From Nitrososphaeria archaeon (GTDB taxonomy: Archaea > Thermoproteota > Nitrososphaeria > Nitrososphaerales > JACAEJ01), in assembly GCA_029775875.1 (NCBI GenBank), contig JARVKD010000003.1, positions 1 to 53,792 on the forward strand: DNA of 53,792 bases, given 5' to 3'. Positions 16,440 through 25,961 of this stretch are shown in pieces. Each line of letters opens with the position of its first letter. The first letter of the stretch is position 1. Position numbers and translations under genes: made by a program. The notes beneath the pieces were generated by a model that had not been told where the DNA came from, did not search any database, and saw only the letters and a program-made list of their open reading frames with translations.

Positions 16440-17618
16440 TCAGCTTTGTTCTTTTGCTTCTTTTTGTCTTTCCTTTTTGCCTTCAGAAAGCTTAAGAACA
16501 GACTTTAATCCTGGCTTGACCTCTTCTATAGATTTGAATTCTATGTAACCAGCTTCACACGCCCCTTTGAAGAGCTCCTCGCCAACCTTCGTTCGAATCA
16601 AAACCGTGGACCAACCATCAGGAGAACCTACCGATCCTACAGATATATCAGCATGCTCTGCTGTGAAGTCTCTGCATACGTGGCAACTACCTCTAACACA
16701 AGCCTTAATCTCATCCAAGGGTACGCTGAAAAGTTCCTTATCTTCTGCATACGCTATAAACTTGCCCTTTGTTATGGCAAACTTTCTGACGGTGCTTATA
16801 TCAACGCCCTTCCATTCTATGAATTTTACCAGTTCTTTATACCAGAAGCTCTCCATGCAAAAGAGTCCCACAACAAATTTCACACGACTGCCCAGCTTTG
16901 AACAGGCTTTGTAGGAATACTGCATCTTCCTGACTGTCTGTATCTCACAAGGAGTTCCAACAACTCCCACACTACTACTAGCACAGTCTTCTACTGCGTA
17001 TCTTAGCCCTACGGTTACAGGACTTGTCGAATACTTCGTCCCAGACGCTTCTATTAGTTCTTTAGAATCAAATACTACGTTGGGCCAAGGCCTCCACAAA
17101 TCTCCTTTGGTTTCATAATCTCTCTGCCAAGGCCTCCACACATCTACCTTTCTCTTGGACGCCACTACGCTATCAACGATCCTTTTGTCCAAAGAATACG
17201 CCAAAAGGGTTGTAGCTATTCCACCATCTTGAGCAACATTCAAGACATCTTTGATCTTCGATCTTGCCGCATAGGCTGCTATATATATTCCCAAGCGTTC
17301 TTCCTTATCTCGAACCCTGCCAAAGATGGCCTTGTCCATTTCATCATAATCAAAAACTGTTCTCGGACATGTATACCAGCATAATTCACATTGATAGCAA
17401 GCACCAACGAGTTTTGGGAGTTCATTCTCGAATCCTATGACGGAGAAGGGGCATGCTGCAAAACAACCGCCGCAGAAGGTGCACTTGCCTGCATCGATAA
17501 CATCGTTGAAGAGGTCTTCAAAGGTTTTGGGTTTGACTCCAAATACAGATTCATACCATTCTGCTGCCTTCATACCAGATAATAGAAAACCACGATGGGT
17601 AGTAGGTTTGGCCGACAT
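16440..17618 (-). CDS. FrhB/FdhB/FpoF-family flavo-iron-sulfur protein with N-terminal 2x[4Fe-4S] domain
   Basis: CTFCGGCFAACP and CYQCELCWYTCP ferredoxin motifs are followed by an FrhB-like N/C domain (AQDGGIATTLL...GTPCEIQ...LFCME...C..C.DFT.E.ADISVGSVGSP). Confidence 0.75.
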   Translation of the reverse strand: MSAKPTTHRGFLLSGMKAAEWYESVFGVKPKTFEDLFNDVIDAGKCTFCGGCFAACPFSVIGFENELPKLVGACYQCELCWYTCPRTVFDYDEMDKAIFGRVRDKEERLGIYIAAYAARSKIKDVLNVAQDGGIATTLLAYSLDKRIVDSVVASKRKVDVWRPWQRDYETKGDLWRPWPNVVFDSKELIEASGTKYSTSPVTVGLRYAVEDCASSSVGVVGTPCEIQTVRKMQYSYKACSKLGSRVKFVVGLFCMESFWYKELVKFIEWKGVDISTVRKFAITKGKFIAYAEDKELFSVPLDEIKACVRGSCHVCRDFTAEHADISVGSVGSPDGWSTVLIRTKVGEELFKGACEAGYIEFKSIEEVKPGLKSVLKLSEGKKERQKEAKEQS

Positions 17619-17746
17619 CAGTTATCCCTGCAGAGTTTCAATACTCGATTATTTAAATGATTCATAATATTTAAGCGTTGTCAGAGCTGGTTCTGTCAAG
17701 ATATAGGTTCATGATTCTCACCGCAAATCTTTCTGATAAGTCTAAG

Positions 17747-18436
17747 TTATTCGATAGCTAAAGGTTCTGCTAACTCTCTTATTTTCCGTTTCCATGAACT
17801 AGATTTCACAATGCTACTGGCAACGAGAATCCCGACAGAGCCAAGCTTAAGGGCGGTAGCAACATCCTCACCTGATGTGATCCCTGCTCCACAGACAAGC
17901 TTGACAGAATCGCTGACTTCTTTTACAACTTCTTTAGACTTTAAAATGACTTCAGGCTTGACTTTGGATACTGCTCTACCTGAGCCTATGAGCTCGGGAG
18001 GTTCAACCGCCACATAATTAGGAAGAAGCAAGGCTCTATCTCTCACTTCTTTTGGGGTCTTGGCGCATACTACAGAATAAAGTCCCAAATCCTTCAGCTT
18101 TGGTATTATCTCCTTTATCACTTTGATAGGCACTCTCTTTTCACTGTGGTTCAAAAGAGTGCCATAACCACCAGACGCTTTAATTATCTCTGGGACTATT
18201 GAGCCTGTTGTACTTCCAGGCTCAGCCAAATCGACATGCTGAGCAAAGACTGGTATACTGACAGATTTAGCCACAATCGATAGATCAGGAATAGGTGGGG
18301 CAACAACTATCTCAACATCAAGCTCTTTAGCTACACCCTCTGCGACCGTTGCTAATCTTATGGCTCCTTCACCTGAAGCTTCCAGATAATTCTTGAAATT
18401 TATTATCATAATTCTTTCTTTCAACTTTATGTTCAT
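17747..18436 (-). CDS. tpiA: Triosephosphate isomerase (archaeal short type)
   Basis: Contains IINFKNYLEASG, LLNHSEKR, VAVEPPELIGSG and CGAGI motifs. The start may instead be the internal Met (MIINFKNY). Confidence 0.9.
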   Translation of the reverse strand: MNIKLKERIMIINFKNYLEASGEGAIRLATVAEGVAKELDVEIVVAPPIPDLSIVAKSVSIPVFAQHVDLAEPGSTTGSIVPEIIKASGGYGTLLNHSEKRVPIKVIKEIIPKLKDLGLYSVVCAKTPKEVRDRALLLPNYVAVEPPELIGSGRAVSKVKPEVILKSKEVVKEVSDSVKLVCGAGITSGEDVATALKLGSVGILVASSIVKSSSWKRKIRELAEPLAIE

Positions 18437-18615
18437 CTTGCTTCCTAATCCTATCGAACGATAAGATGAAATAAATCTAGCGATACAAAATTAAGTTTGA
18501 GCAGCCTCTGTAACCTTTTTACCCAATTCAATGCACTTCTTAAGCTCCTCTTGTACATCGACCCAATGAATACCTTTTACTAACTCTATATGTCACACTG
18601 ACCTAAATCTTAAAA

Positions 18616-19731
18616 TTATCGAGCCTTTCCTGCTGGTCTAAACCTTGCTTCCAGCTTCTTTAAAACGGCTGCAAGAGTTGTATACTCCATCTCTTCCGGG
18701 CCCAGTCTTGCTGGCATGAAGGGACCGTGCAACCTTAAGTAATCAGCTACTCTATTAGTCATGTCTCTAGCTCTATCAAAGGCTGGGTCGTCAAACATAT
18801 CTTCAGGACCTATAAGCTTACCTTCGTTGAGTTGAAATCCAAGGGCTGCAACTCTAGGTGGGCCATCGAATCTTGTGCACTTCGCATTCTTCATCGAGAC
18901 AGGCATCAAGGGTCCATGATGTGATCCCCTCATCCATCCTGCCACAAGATGTGGGAAAGCGAAAGGTTCTAGAATTTCTCCTACTGCAGGCAGACCATGC
19001 TGAGCCCTCACGAACATGACAGGATCGTCCTTGCCAACGTATCTTCCTGCTATTAGGGATAATCTTGCAGTACTTGCTACAGCTGCCAAAAGATTATCTT
19101 TGTGCCTAAGAATAGAATGGATTATGTATCTAGCTGGGGTTCCTATCAAAGCCAGTATGTCATAAATCTCTTCAGGAGCTTTAAGATCAACTACTTTATC
19201 TTCATAAACGTCCATAACTCTAAAGATAAAGCCTTCGTGTAAACTTTCATCTATCACTAAACCTGCAGTATTAAAAGGATCAGCAAAGATCTTATAGAGA
19301 GGAAGGTTCCAAGCTCCAGGCTCTGTTTTATCAGCCATGAATATTATTATAGGTTCGCTTATACGCTCCTCGAACTCACCCTCAGCAACGCCTGGCCCCA
19401 TTCCTTTAACGTTACCAGAGAAGGCGGTTCCAAGCAAATCTTGACCAGCAGCGTATAGTTTTAACTTTTTTGAGACTTTCTCCGTCACTTCACTGAAAGT
19501 ATCCCAAGCCAGTTTGTGAACTTCTTCACTATCCACGCCTTTGCTATGAGTCATTATCAGCTGAAGATCGTCTCCAGCGTTTGTGACGTAATAATCTATG
19601 AGCAGACCTGAGTCTTTTGCCTCTTTCAACTTCTCAGACGCCACTCTTATCTGATCTGGATGAACTACGTGATGACCTACCAAGCTTCCTACATCTGCTT
19701 TAATTACAGAAAGGGTAACTTTCATTTCCAT
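18616..19731 (-). CDS. fbp: Fructose-1,6-bisphosphate aldolase/phosphatase (class V FBPase)
   Basis: 371 aa with the N-terminal TLSVIKADVGSLVGHH signature and full-length similarity to the archaeal bifunctional FBP aldolase/phosphatase. Confidence 0.92.
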   Translation of the reverse strand: MEMKVTLSVIKADVGSLVGHHVVHPDQIRVASEKLKEAKDSGLLIDYYVTNAGDDLQLIMTHSKGVDSEEVHKLAWDTFSEVTEKVSKKLKLYAAGQDLLGTAFSGNVKGMGPGVAEGEFEERISEPIIIFMADKTEPGAWNLPLYKIFADPFNTAGLVIDESLHEGFIFRVMDVYEDKVVDLKAPEEIYDILALIGTPARYIIHSILRHKDNLLAAVASTARLSLIAGRYVGKDDPVMFVRAQHGLPAVGEILEPFAFPHLVAGWMRGSHHGPLMPVSMKNAKCTRFDGPPRVAALGFQLNEGKLIGPEDMFDDPAFDRARDMTNRVADYLRLHGPFMPARLGPEEMEYTTLAAVLKKLEARFRPAGKAR

Positions 19732-19874
19732 CCCAGAAGTATTTTCGTTGCATCGTGATAAACCTTTTGTAGAGTTTCTTGAAGCCTTATCATAATCAAA
19801 TACCCATCCAATTTATAGATTCAGGGACCACACTAGGAACAGCTATGGTTGTCCACAGCGATCCGTTATACTGT

Positions 19875-20402
19875 TTAGGTTACCCAGCGGACTATTTCAT
19901 GCAGGGGTTTCCGGTTAGTTACAGGGCCTTTCTTTTCCATAGGATAACCTATGGGCATTAAAGCTATTACGCGTTCTTCCGGCCTAATTGCCAATGCTTT
20001 CTTAACTTCCTCTTCCCTGAAGGCAACAATCATACAACTAGCCAATCCTTCATTCACAGCAGCTAGAGACATATTCTGCATAGCAATACCTACGTCCGTC
20101 TTCCAGAATTCTTCTCCATCAATCCTAACCCAACCCTCTCCAGGATGGGCGCACACCACAATCACTACAGGAGGGGACACACCATGAGCAGTCGTAATAA
20201 AGAAGTCCTGCTCACAAGCAGCGCTTAGCTTTTCCTTGACTCTAGGATCAGTTACAACGATGAAACTCCACGGTTGCTTGTTGTGTGCTGAAGGTGCTAG
20301 CCTGCCTGCTTCAAGAATATTCAAAAGTTTCCATTCTTCAACAGGCGTGTCTTCAAACCTTCTTATACTTCGTCTATTTCTAATGGCCTCAAGAAGTTCC
20401 AT
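19875..20402 (-). CDS. Nitroreductase-family flavoprotein
   Basis: Contains LEAIRNRRSIRRF and APSAHNKQPW motifs. The start is set at MELLEAI (20402); the longer ORF to 20540 adds an implausible low-complexity leader. Confidence 0.8.
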   Translation of the reverse strand: MELLEAIRNRRSIRRFEDTPVEEWKLLNILEAGRLAPSAHNKQPWSFIVVTDPRVKEKLSAACEQDFFITTAHGVSPPVVIVVCAHPGEGWVRIDGEEFWKTDVGIAMQNMSLAAVNEGLASCMIVAFREEEVKKALAIRPEERVIALMPIGYPMEKKGPVTNRKPLHEIVRWVT

Positions 20403-20548
20403 TCTAGACCACTTGCCTCCTTTAAAATAAAGTGTCTTATGATAATTAAGGGTTATCACTATAATACTTATACAATATATAAATTCAAAAAGTTTCGGAT
20501 TAGTAAGTGAGGATGTTGTAAGGCTATTGAGAGGTTGCATTATTATTT

Positions 20549-22321
20549 TTACGTAATTTTATTTATAACCTGCCTCAAGAATTCAGCCAGAACCAAAAGC
20601 ACCAAGAAAACCACAATGATCAGTATGCTAGATTGTACGACCCCTATAAAGGTTCCTGCAGGAATCAACTCATTTACGACTTTTAAAAAGGCTCCATAAA
20701 TGGCCGCTGTTGTAAAGATGAAAACTGGCCAAAAGGTTACGAGCCCATAGATCGGTCTAACTCGCCTCATTACAAAGGATGTTCCTATGATCAATCCTAT
20801 GGAGGCAAGTAGTATGTTGCATATCCCGAAAATTGGCCAGATGGCTCCTATCTCTCCGGTGTAGAGTAAGTATGTCCAGAGGAGGACACTAATACCGCCT
20901 GCAAAAACTGCACTTGGTATATGCTTGGTTAGATTCGATGATTTGTGAACCCAGCCAAAGACTTCTTGAAAGAAGAACCTTGACATGCGAGTACCATGGT
21001 CCATGATGGCCATTGTGAAGATTGCTAAGAAAAGTATTGAAAACTGATACCATAGAGCCATAGCCTCCTTGCCCCCTAATATCTTTGAAAAAACTTCAGT
21101 CATACCTACCGCAAAAGATACAGTGCCACCAGTTCTGGCCTGCAGATTCAGTCCTATACTCTCAGATATTTCTGGTAAAAGTACGGGCGTAAGACCCGTT
21201 TGGGCATAAGCCGTTGGTGATGAATTGATGGCAAAGTAGTCACCAGGTATCATAGTGGCTGCTAATGAGAGGGCTACGACTGCGCATAGGCTCTCCAGAA
21301 GCCAACCTCCATATGCAACAGATCTTATATCTTGCTCGTTTCTGACCAATTTGGGGGTCACGCCAGAGCAACAGAGACTATGCCAGCCAGATATAGCGCC
21401 ACAGGTTATGACTATGAATAAAAAAGGCCAAAGTGCACCAGGTATTACGGGTCCTCCACCTTGGATGTATTGAGTAACAGGAGGCATGTTAAAATCAGGG
21501 TGAACCAGGAAGACCCCAACCACGAGTAAAGCGATAACACCTGCTTTTATATAGGCGCTCAGATAATCCCGTGGAACAAGGAGTAAGTCTGTGGGTAGGA
21601 TCGCTGCGATAAAGGCGTATAAGCCTATAATTATAGTGAGTTGCCCCTTGCTAAGTGTAAAGTAGATCGCAAAGCTTGAATAAGGTATCAAAGAGCCTAA
21701 AAAGAAAAATGTTAGAATAAATCCTACGCCTAAGAGAGATGCCTCGGCAATCTTTCCTGGACGAATACGACGCATATACACGCCTATAAACAAAGCAACT
21801 GGAATGGTCATGATGGCGCTGAAAGCTCCCCAAGGGTTATTCTCTAATGCAGTAACTACACCAAGCCCGAGACCAGCAATGCACGTTGCAGCAAGGAAAA
21901 GTATTCCTATCATCACAGCGCTTCCTCCTATCTTTCCAAGCTCTTTTCGTGCTATTTCTCCTATAGATTTGCCACCGTGCCTCACAGAGGCAAGCATAAT
22001 TACTAAATCATGAACTCCACCCGCAAGACAAGTGGCTGCGAGTATCCATATGATGCATGGCAACCATCCATACTCAACTGCCAATGTCGGACCAATAAGA
22101 ACGCCAGCCCCAGCAATAGTAGCGTAATGATAAAAGAATACGACGCTTCTTTTTGTGGGTATGTAGTCTTTACCATCATTCAATTGAACTGCAGGAGTGA
22201 CTCGACCTGGATCAATACATAAAATCCTATTCGCTATGAACTTTGAATAGAATCGATAGCCAAGGAAGAAAATACATATGCTCAAAGCTAGGATAATGGC
22301 TGCATTCATACTATTCACCAA
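20549..22321 (-). CDS. cstA: Carbon starvation protein A family transporter (CstA/BtsT-like)
   Basis: 590 aa and polytopic, with the CstA N-terminal pattern (P..QLNDGKDY.PT....VFFYHYATIAGAGVLIGP). Confidence 0.85.
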   Translation of the reverse strand: MVNSMNAAIILALSICIFFLGYRFYSKFIANRILCIDPGRVTPAVQLNDGKDYIPTKRSVVFFYHYATIAGAGVLIGPTLAVEYGWLPCIIWILAATCLAGGVHDLVIMLASVRHGGKSIGEIARKELGKIGGSAVMIGILFLAATCIAGLGLGVVTALENNPWGAFSAIMTIPVALFIGVYMRRIRPGKIAEASLLGVGFILTFFFLGSLIPYSSFAIYFTLSKGQLTIIIGLYAFIAAILPTDLLLVPRDYLSAYIKAGVIALLVVGVFLVHPDFNMPPVTQYIQGGGPVIPGALWPFLFIVITCGAISGWHSLCCSGVTPKLVRNEQDIRSVAYGGWLLESLCAVVALSLAATMIPGDYFAINSSPTAYAQTGLTPVLLPEISESIGLNLQARTGGTVSFAVGMTEVFSKILGGKEAMALWYQFSILFLAIFTMAIMDHGTRMSRFFFQEVFGWVHKSSNLTKHIPSAVFAGGISVLLWTYLLYTGEIGAIWPIFGICNILLASIGLIIGTSFVMRRVRPIYGLVTFWPVFIFTTAAIYGAFLKVVNELIPAGTFIGVVQSSILIIVVFLVLLVLAEFLRQVINKIT

Positions 22322-23425
22322 TTAAGTCTTATATAAACGGTAGTAGGGTTTTGGAAAGGGAGGCCTGAAGCTCTTTGCAAACCAATCAGAGTATTCAACT
22401 TTATGCTTCAATGCTACAGTTTTGAGAGTTTCAAGAACACATTCCGTGATGCCATCAGGATCAAGTTTAGCCCTTACGTTCATTATAATGTCCATAGCCT
22501 TTGAAGGAGAAGATAATGTATTTGTGAAGCCAACGCCTTGCTCAAGATTTATTAGACTAGCCTTGGCAGACCCTTCCATAGTCGAGAAGTTAAGTTTCAA
22601 GTGTATTACTTGACCGCCTTTGCTCTCTATTCTTCTTGCTGTCTCTGTCATCATTTCTATAACAAACTCTTCTGGTCTGATGTTATTTTCACATGTTACT
22701 TTCCAAGAACCATTGAACCAGCCGAGCTCAATTTCGGCGGTGCCATACATATCATAATCAACATCAACGGAAGAGCGAGTATGATGCTCTCTTTCCATCA
22801 ATATCTTTGCCAATTCATCCAGGTTGTAACCAGTTTTTGCTGAAAGAAGGAACAATTCTGCCTCTTGATTAATATCACTTAAAAGATTCTTTACTTCTGC
22901 AAGTTGTGAGTCTCCCACCAAATCCAACTTGTTGATTCCAATTATGTCTGCCTCCTTGATCTGCCAAGAAATAAGAAATCCTAATGGGGCCCTTGGGAGT
23001 ATGAGATTGAACTTTTGATTATAATTTAAAATGGTGGACGCGTCTACAAGTACAAGAAAGGGCGATAGGCTAATCTCATCCCTATAATACTTTCTTAAAG
23101 GAGCATAGATTGTTGCAAGGAGGTCTGTGCAACTTCCAACTGGCTCTGCAAGTACAACATTGGGTTTAATCTTGGCAAGAATTTCATGAAGAGAATCTAT
23201 AAAGTCTGGAAATTTGCAGCAAAAACATCCTTTCAAAACCTCTGCGCAAGGAAATCCGAAATCTTTTATTGTCTTGGTATCTACAAGAACCTCGCCTTGA
23301 TCGTTGGTAATAAGGGCTACTCTCCTACCGGATAAGGTCAATCTTTTCCCAAGTTCTATCATCAGGCTGGTTTTACCTGCACCGAGAAATCCACCTATGA
23401 AGGCCAGCTTTACCTTCTCTGTCAT
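22322..23425 (-). CDS. COG0523-type G3E metallochaperone GTPase (CobW/YjiA/ZNG1-like)
   Basis: P-loop GGFLGAGKTS, the CxCC motif GCFCCKF, NKLDL and a C-terminal CobW_C-like domain. Its stop codon abuts the cstA start (22322/22321). Confidence 0.8.
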   Translation of the reverse strand: MTEKVKLAFIGGFLGAGKTSLMIELGKRLTLSGRRVALITNDQGEVLVDTKTIKDFGFPCAEVLKGCFCCKFPDFIDSLHEILAKIKPNVVLAEPVGSCTDLLATIYAPLRKYYRDEISLSPFLVLVDASTILNYNQKFNLILPRAPLGFLISWQIKEADIIGINKLDLVGDSQLAEVKNLLSDINQEAELFLLSAKTGYNLDELAKILMEREHHTRSSVDVDYDMYGTAEIELGWFNGSWKVTCENNIRPEEFVIEMMTETARRIESKGGQVIHLKLNFSTMEGSAKASLINLEQGVGFTNTLSSPSKAMDIIMNVRAKLDPDGITECVLETLKTVALKHKVEYSDWFAKSFRPPFPKPYYRLYKT

Positions 23426-23447
23426 TAGGATTCTTTTTGAAGGGGTA

Positions 23448-23461
23448 TTAAATCTTTTTAA
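23448..23461. promoter_or_regulatory. Candidate LysR-type T-N11-A palindrome in the divergent lysR / COG0523-cstA promoter region
   Basis: TTAAATCTTTTTAA (TTAAA-N4-TTTAA) lies in the 62-nt intergenic region. AT-rich palindromes like this also arise by chance or may simply be a TATA box. Confidence 0.2.
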
Positions 23462-23487
23462 ACATTGTCTTAAGTATTCATTAATAT

Positions 23488-24441
23488 ATGAAGGAGCCGA
23501 AGATATCTGATTTTCGAACCCTGCTTGAAGTGGTTAATACGAAGAGCTTCACAAAGGCAGCCCAGAACCTTAAAACAACGACGGTCACAGTAATGAATCA
23601 GATGGACAAGTTGGAAGATTACTTTACGGTCAAAATCTTCGAAAGGAATGTCAAAGGAGTTACTCTCACCGATGAAGGCAGACAGGTGGTAAACGTAGCT
23701 AGGAAGATCTTAGAAATTCTGAACAGCCCTAGAATTATTACTTCCCCCAGAACAGAGACAAAGGGGCACATAAGGATCGCAGCGAACGAAGTGCCTGGCG
23801 AGCATATTTTACCATGCCTAGTTAGTAATTTCAAAACCATGAACCCTCACATCGAATTTTCACTCGAAATTTTGAACGAGTTTTTATCTTTAGAAATGTT
23901 AGAGAGTAAACGCGTCGATCTAGTATCGATACAGCTAACTAGAGAATTTTTGAAGGAAAGGATACAAGGTTTTGATAGTGTAGAGATCGCTAGGGATAGA
24001 TTTTTTGTCATATCTGCGCCAAGCCACGAGTTATCCTTAAAAGAGAGAATCGAAATTAATGAATTGATCAATTATCCATTAATACTAGGAGAGGAAAATT
24101 CTGACTTGAATTTTATGATTGAAGATCTATTTAGTTCCCATGAGATTGACCCTAAAAAGCTAAACATAAAACTTCGCTTAGGTAAGTCTACAGCCATAAC
24201 TATGGGAGTTTCTCAAGGTCTAGGGGTGAGCATCGTCCCAGGAATCGTTGCAATGAAGGCTGAAAGAGCAGGATTGATAAAAGCCATCCCTTTGAATACC
24301 TCCCGCGATGAAGTGCCGATATATATAATTAGAAGAAAAGAGAAAAGTAGCCAAGCCTTGGACTACTTTTGGAAGTATGTCTGCCTTGTTAAAGAGAAAT
24401 TTAGAGGGAACCTGCCTTGCATCCTAAGATTGATGATCTAG
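23488..24441 (+). CDS. LysR-family transcriptional regulator
   Basis: N-terminal wHTH (FRTLLEVVNTKSFTKAAQNLKTTTVTVMNQMDKLEDYF) plus a ~200-aa LysR substrate-binding-like domain. Confidence 0.8.
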   Translation: MKEPKISDFRTLLEVVNTKSFTKAAQNLKTTTVTVMNQMDKLEDYFTVKIFERNVKGVTLTDEGRQVVNVARKILEILNSPRIITSPRTETKGHIRIAANEVPGEHILPCLVSNFKTMNPHIEFSLEILNEFLSLEMLESKRVDLVSIQLTREFLKERIQGFDSVEIARDRFFVISAPSHELSLKERIEINELINYPLILGEENSDLNFMIEDLFSSHEIDPKKLNIKLRLGKSTAITMGVSQGLGVSIVPGIVAMKAERAGLIKAIPLNTSRDEVPIYIIRRKEKSSQALDYFWKYVCLVKEKFRGNLPCILRLMI

Positions 24442-24546
24442 AAGTTTGCTATATGGGTAGAGATAAGTCAGAGGACTAGACTTTTATACTTGGAGTTTGA
24501 GGGTTAAAATACCATTCAAATGGAACGTTGAAATTTGGTGTCATAG

Positions 24547-24819
24547 ATGAAGATTACGTCCACTACGATCAAGTTCCATGAATTGATAGGGCTAGAGGCC
24601 CGTATTGTCGAGAGTAGTGATCCTAATATAAAGAATCTCTCAGGCAAAGTTGTTGGTGAAACTAAGAACACATTAAAACTTTATGTGAAAGATAACATAA
24701 AGATAATACCAAAAGCTTGCTCTGCTTTTATCTTCAATTTGCCAGACGACATAAAAGTGAAGATTCATGGTTCTTTACTCATAGGAAGGCCTGAGGACCG
24801 ATTGGAAAAGTTTAGGTGA
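24547..24819 (+). CDS. rnp1: RNase P protein component 1 (Rpp29/Pop4)
   Basis: HELIGLEARIVESSDPNIKNLSGKVVGETKNTLKL is the typical Rpp29 Sm-like core, and the gene sits directly upstream of S17. Confidence 0.8.
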   Translation: MKITSTTIKFHELIGLEARIVESSDPNIKNLSGKVVGETKNTLKLYVKDNIKIIPKACSAFIFNLPDDIKVKIHGSLLIGRPEDRLEKFR

Positions 24820-24823
24820 TGAT

Positions 24824-25147
24824 ATGAGGAATGTAGGTATAGATGTTAAACCGCCTACAAAATCTTGTAATGACAAATTTTGCCCTTTCCACGGTTCATT
24901 AAGTGTGAGGGGCAGGATCTTAGAAGGTAAGGCTGTAAGTATAAAAGCCAGAGATATGGCGATAATTGAGAGAGAATATTTGCAATACATAAAGAAGTAT
25001 ATGAGGTATGAAAAGCGCAGAAGTAAGATTCATGCCCATCTACCACCATGCCTTGGAGTAAAGGAAGGAGACTCTGTGAAGATAGCGGAGTGTAGAGCCT
25101 TGGCAAAGACGATATCTTTTGTAGTTGTTGAAAAGTTAGGTGGATAA
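24824..25147 (+). CDS. rps17: 30S ribosomal protein uS17
   Basis: CNDKFCPFHGSLSVRGRILEGK...IAECRALAKTISFVV matches the archaeal S17 pattern. Confidence 0.92.
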   Translation: MRNVGIDVKPPTKSCNDKFCPFHGSLSVRGRILEGKAVSIKARDMAIIEREYLQYIKKYMRYEKRRSKIHAHLPPCLGVKEGDSVKIAECRALAKTISFVVVEKLGG

Positions 25148-25148
25148 A

Positions 25149-25583
25149 ATGTCCAAAAAATCTCGTGCTGTCTCAGCGAAGGGTGTAGAAGAGTTCAAAC
25201 TCTATGTAACTAGAGCCATACCTGTAAATTCTGTAATAACTTGTGCAGACAATACTGGGGCAAAGACTTTGAGGGTGGTACAAGTAACAGGGTATAAGGG
25301 CAGGTTAAGGCGCATCCCAACAGCCTCTGTTGGGGATTACATTATAACCGTAGTAAAAAAGGGTCCTCCTGAATTAAAGAAGCAGACTTTCGGGGCAGTG
25401 ATAATAAGACAGAGGTACCCTATTAGAAGGATAAGTGGTGTGAGAGTCATGTTCGAAGATAACGCTGCTGTGATAGTCACTCCTGAAGGCGAATTAAAGG
25501 GTACGGACATAAAGGGGCCTGCAGCAGCAGAAGCCGCAGAGCGTTGGCCAAGGATAGCGAACTTGGCCAGCATAATAGTCTAA
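25149..25583 (+). CDS. rpl14: 50S ribosomal protein uL14
   Basis: CADNTGAK...V.V.GYKGR.RR......GD...V.VKKG pattern. The ATG at 25149 is preferred to the GTG at 25140. Confidence 0.92.
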   Translation: MSKKSRAVSAKGVEEFKLYVTRAIPVNSVITCADNTGAKTLRVVQVTGYKGRLRRIPTASVGDYIITVVKKGPPELKKQTFGAVIIRQRYPIRRISGVRVMFEDNAAVIVTPEGELKGTDIKGPAAAEAAERWPRIANLASIIV

Positions 25584-25595
25584 AGGGAGACTAAA

Positions 25596-25958
25596 ATGTC
25601 ATCAAAACCATCTAAAATAAGAAAAAAACTCTTTGAAGCTCCAATACATGCCAAGTCAAAAAGACTTTCTTCACGTCTCTCTAATGAATTAGTTTCTAGA
25701 TATGGAGTACGATCCATACGAGTTAGAAAGGACGATACTGTAAGGATAATGAGAGGAGAGTATAAGGGGATAGAAGGCAAAGTTACCGGAGTGGATGTGA
25801 AGACCGGAAGAATAACAATAGAGGGTGTCACTCGTGAAAAGATAGCAGGTGGAACTATACCAGTAAAGATTCACTCATCGAAAGTCATGATTATGAGTTT
25901 GAACCTTGATGACAAGTGGAGAAAAGATAAGTTAGAAGCACGTCAAAAGGGGGCTTAA
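25596..25958 (+). CDS. rpl24: 50S ribosomal protein uL24
   Basis: KOW motif region VRKDDTVRIMRGEYKGIEGKVTGVD in the conserved operon position. Confidence 0.9.
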   Translation: MSSKPSKIRKKLFEAPIHAKSKRLSSRLSNELVSRYGVRSIRVRKDDTVRIMRGEYKGIEGKVTGVDVKTGRITIEGVTREKIAGGTIPVKIHSSKVMIMSLNLDDKWRKDKLEARQKGA

Positions 25959-25961
25959 TGA

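Noticed and set aside
18437-18615. Minus-strand reading frame in the tpiA-fbp spacer translating to ...HIELVKGIHWVDVQEELKKCIELGKKVTEAAQT* (about 33 codons).
   Set aside because: It has no ATG/GTG/TTG start in frame after the preceding stop, and I recognise no family. It could be a gene remnant or noise and is too weak to call.
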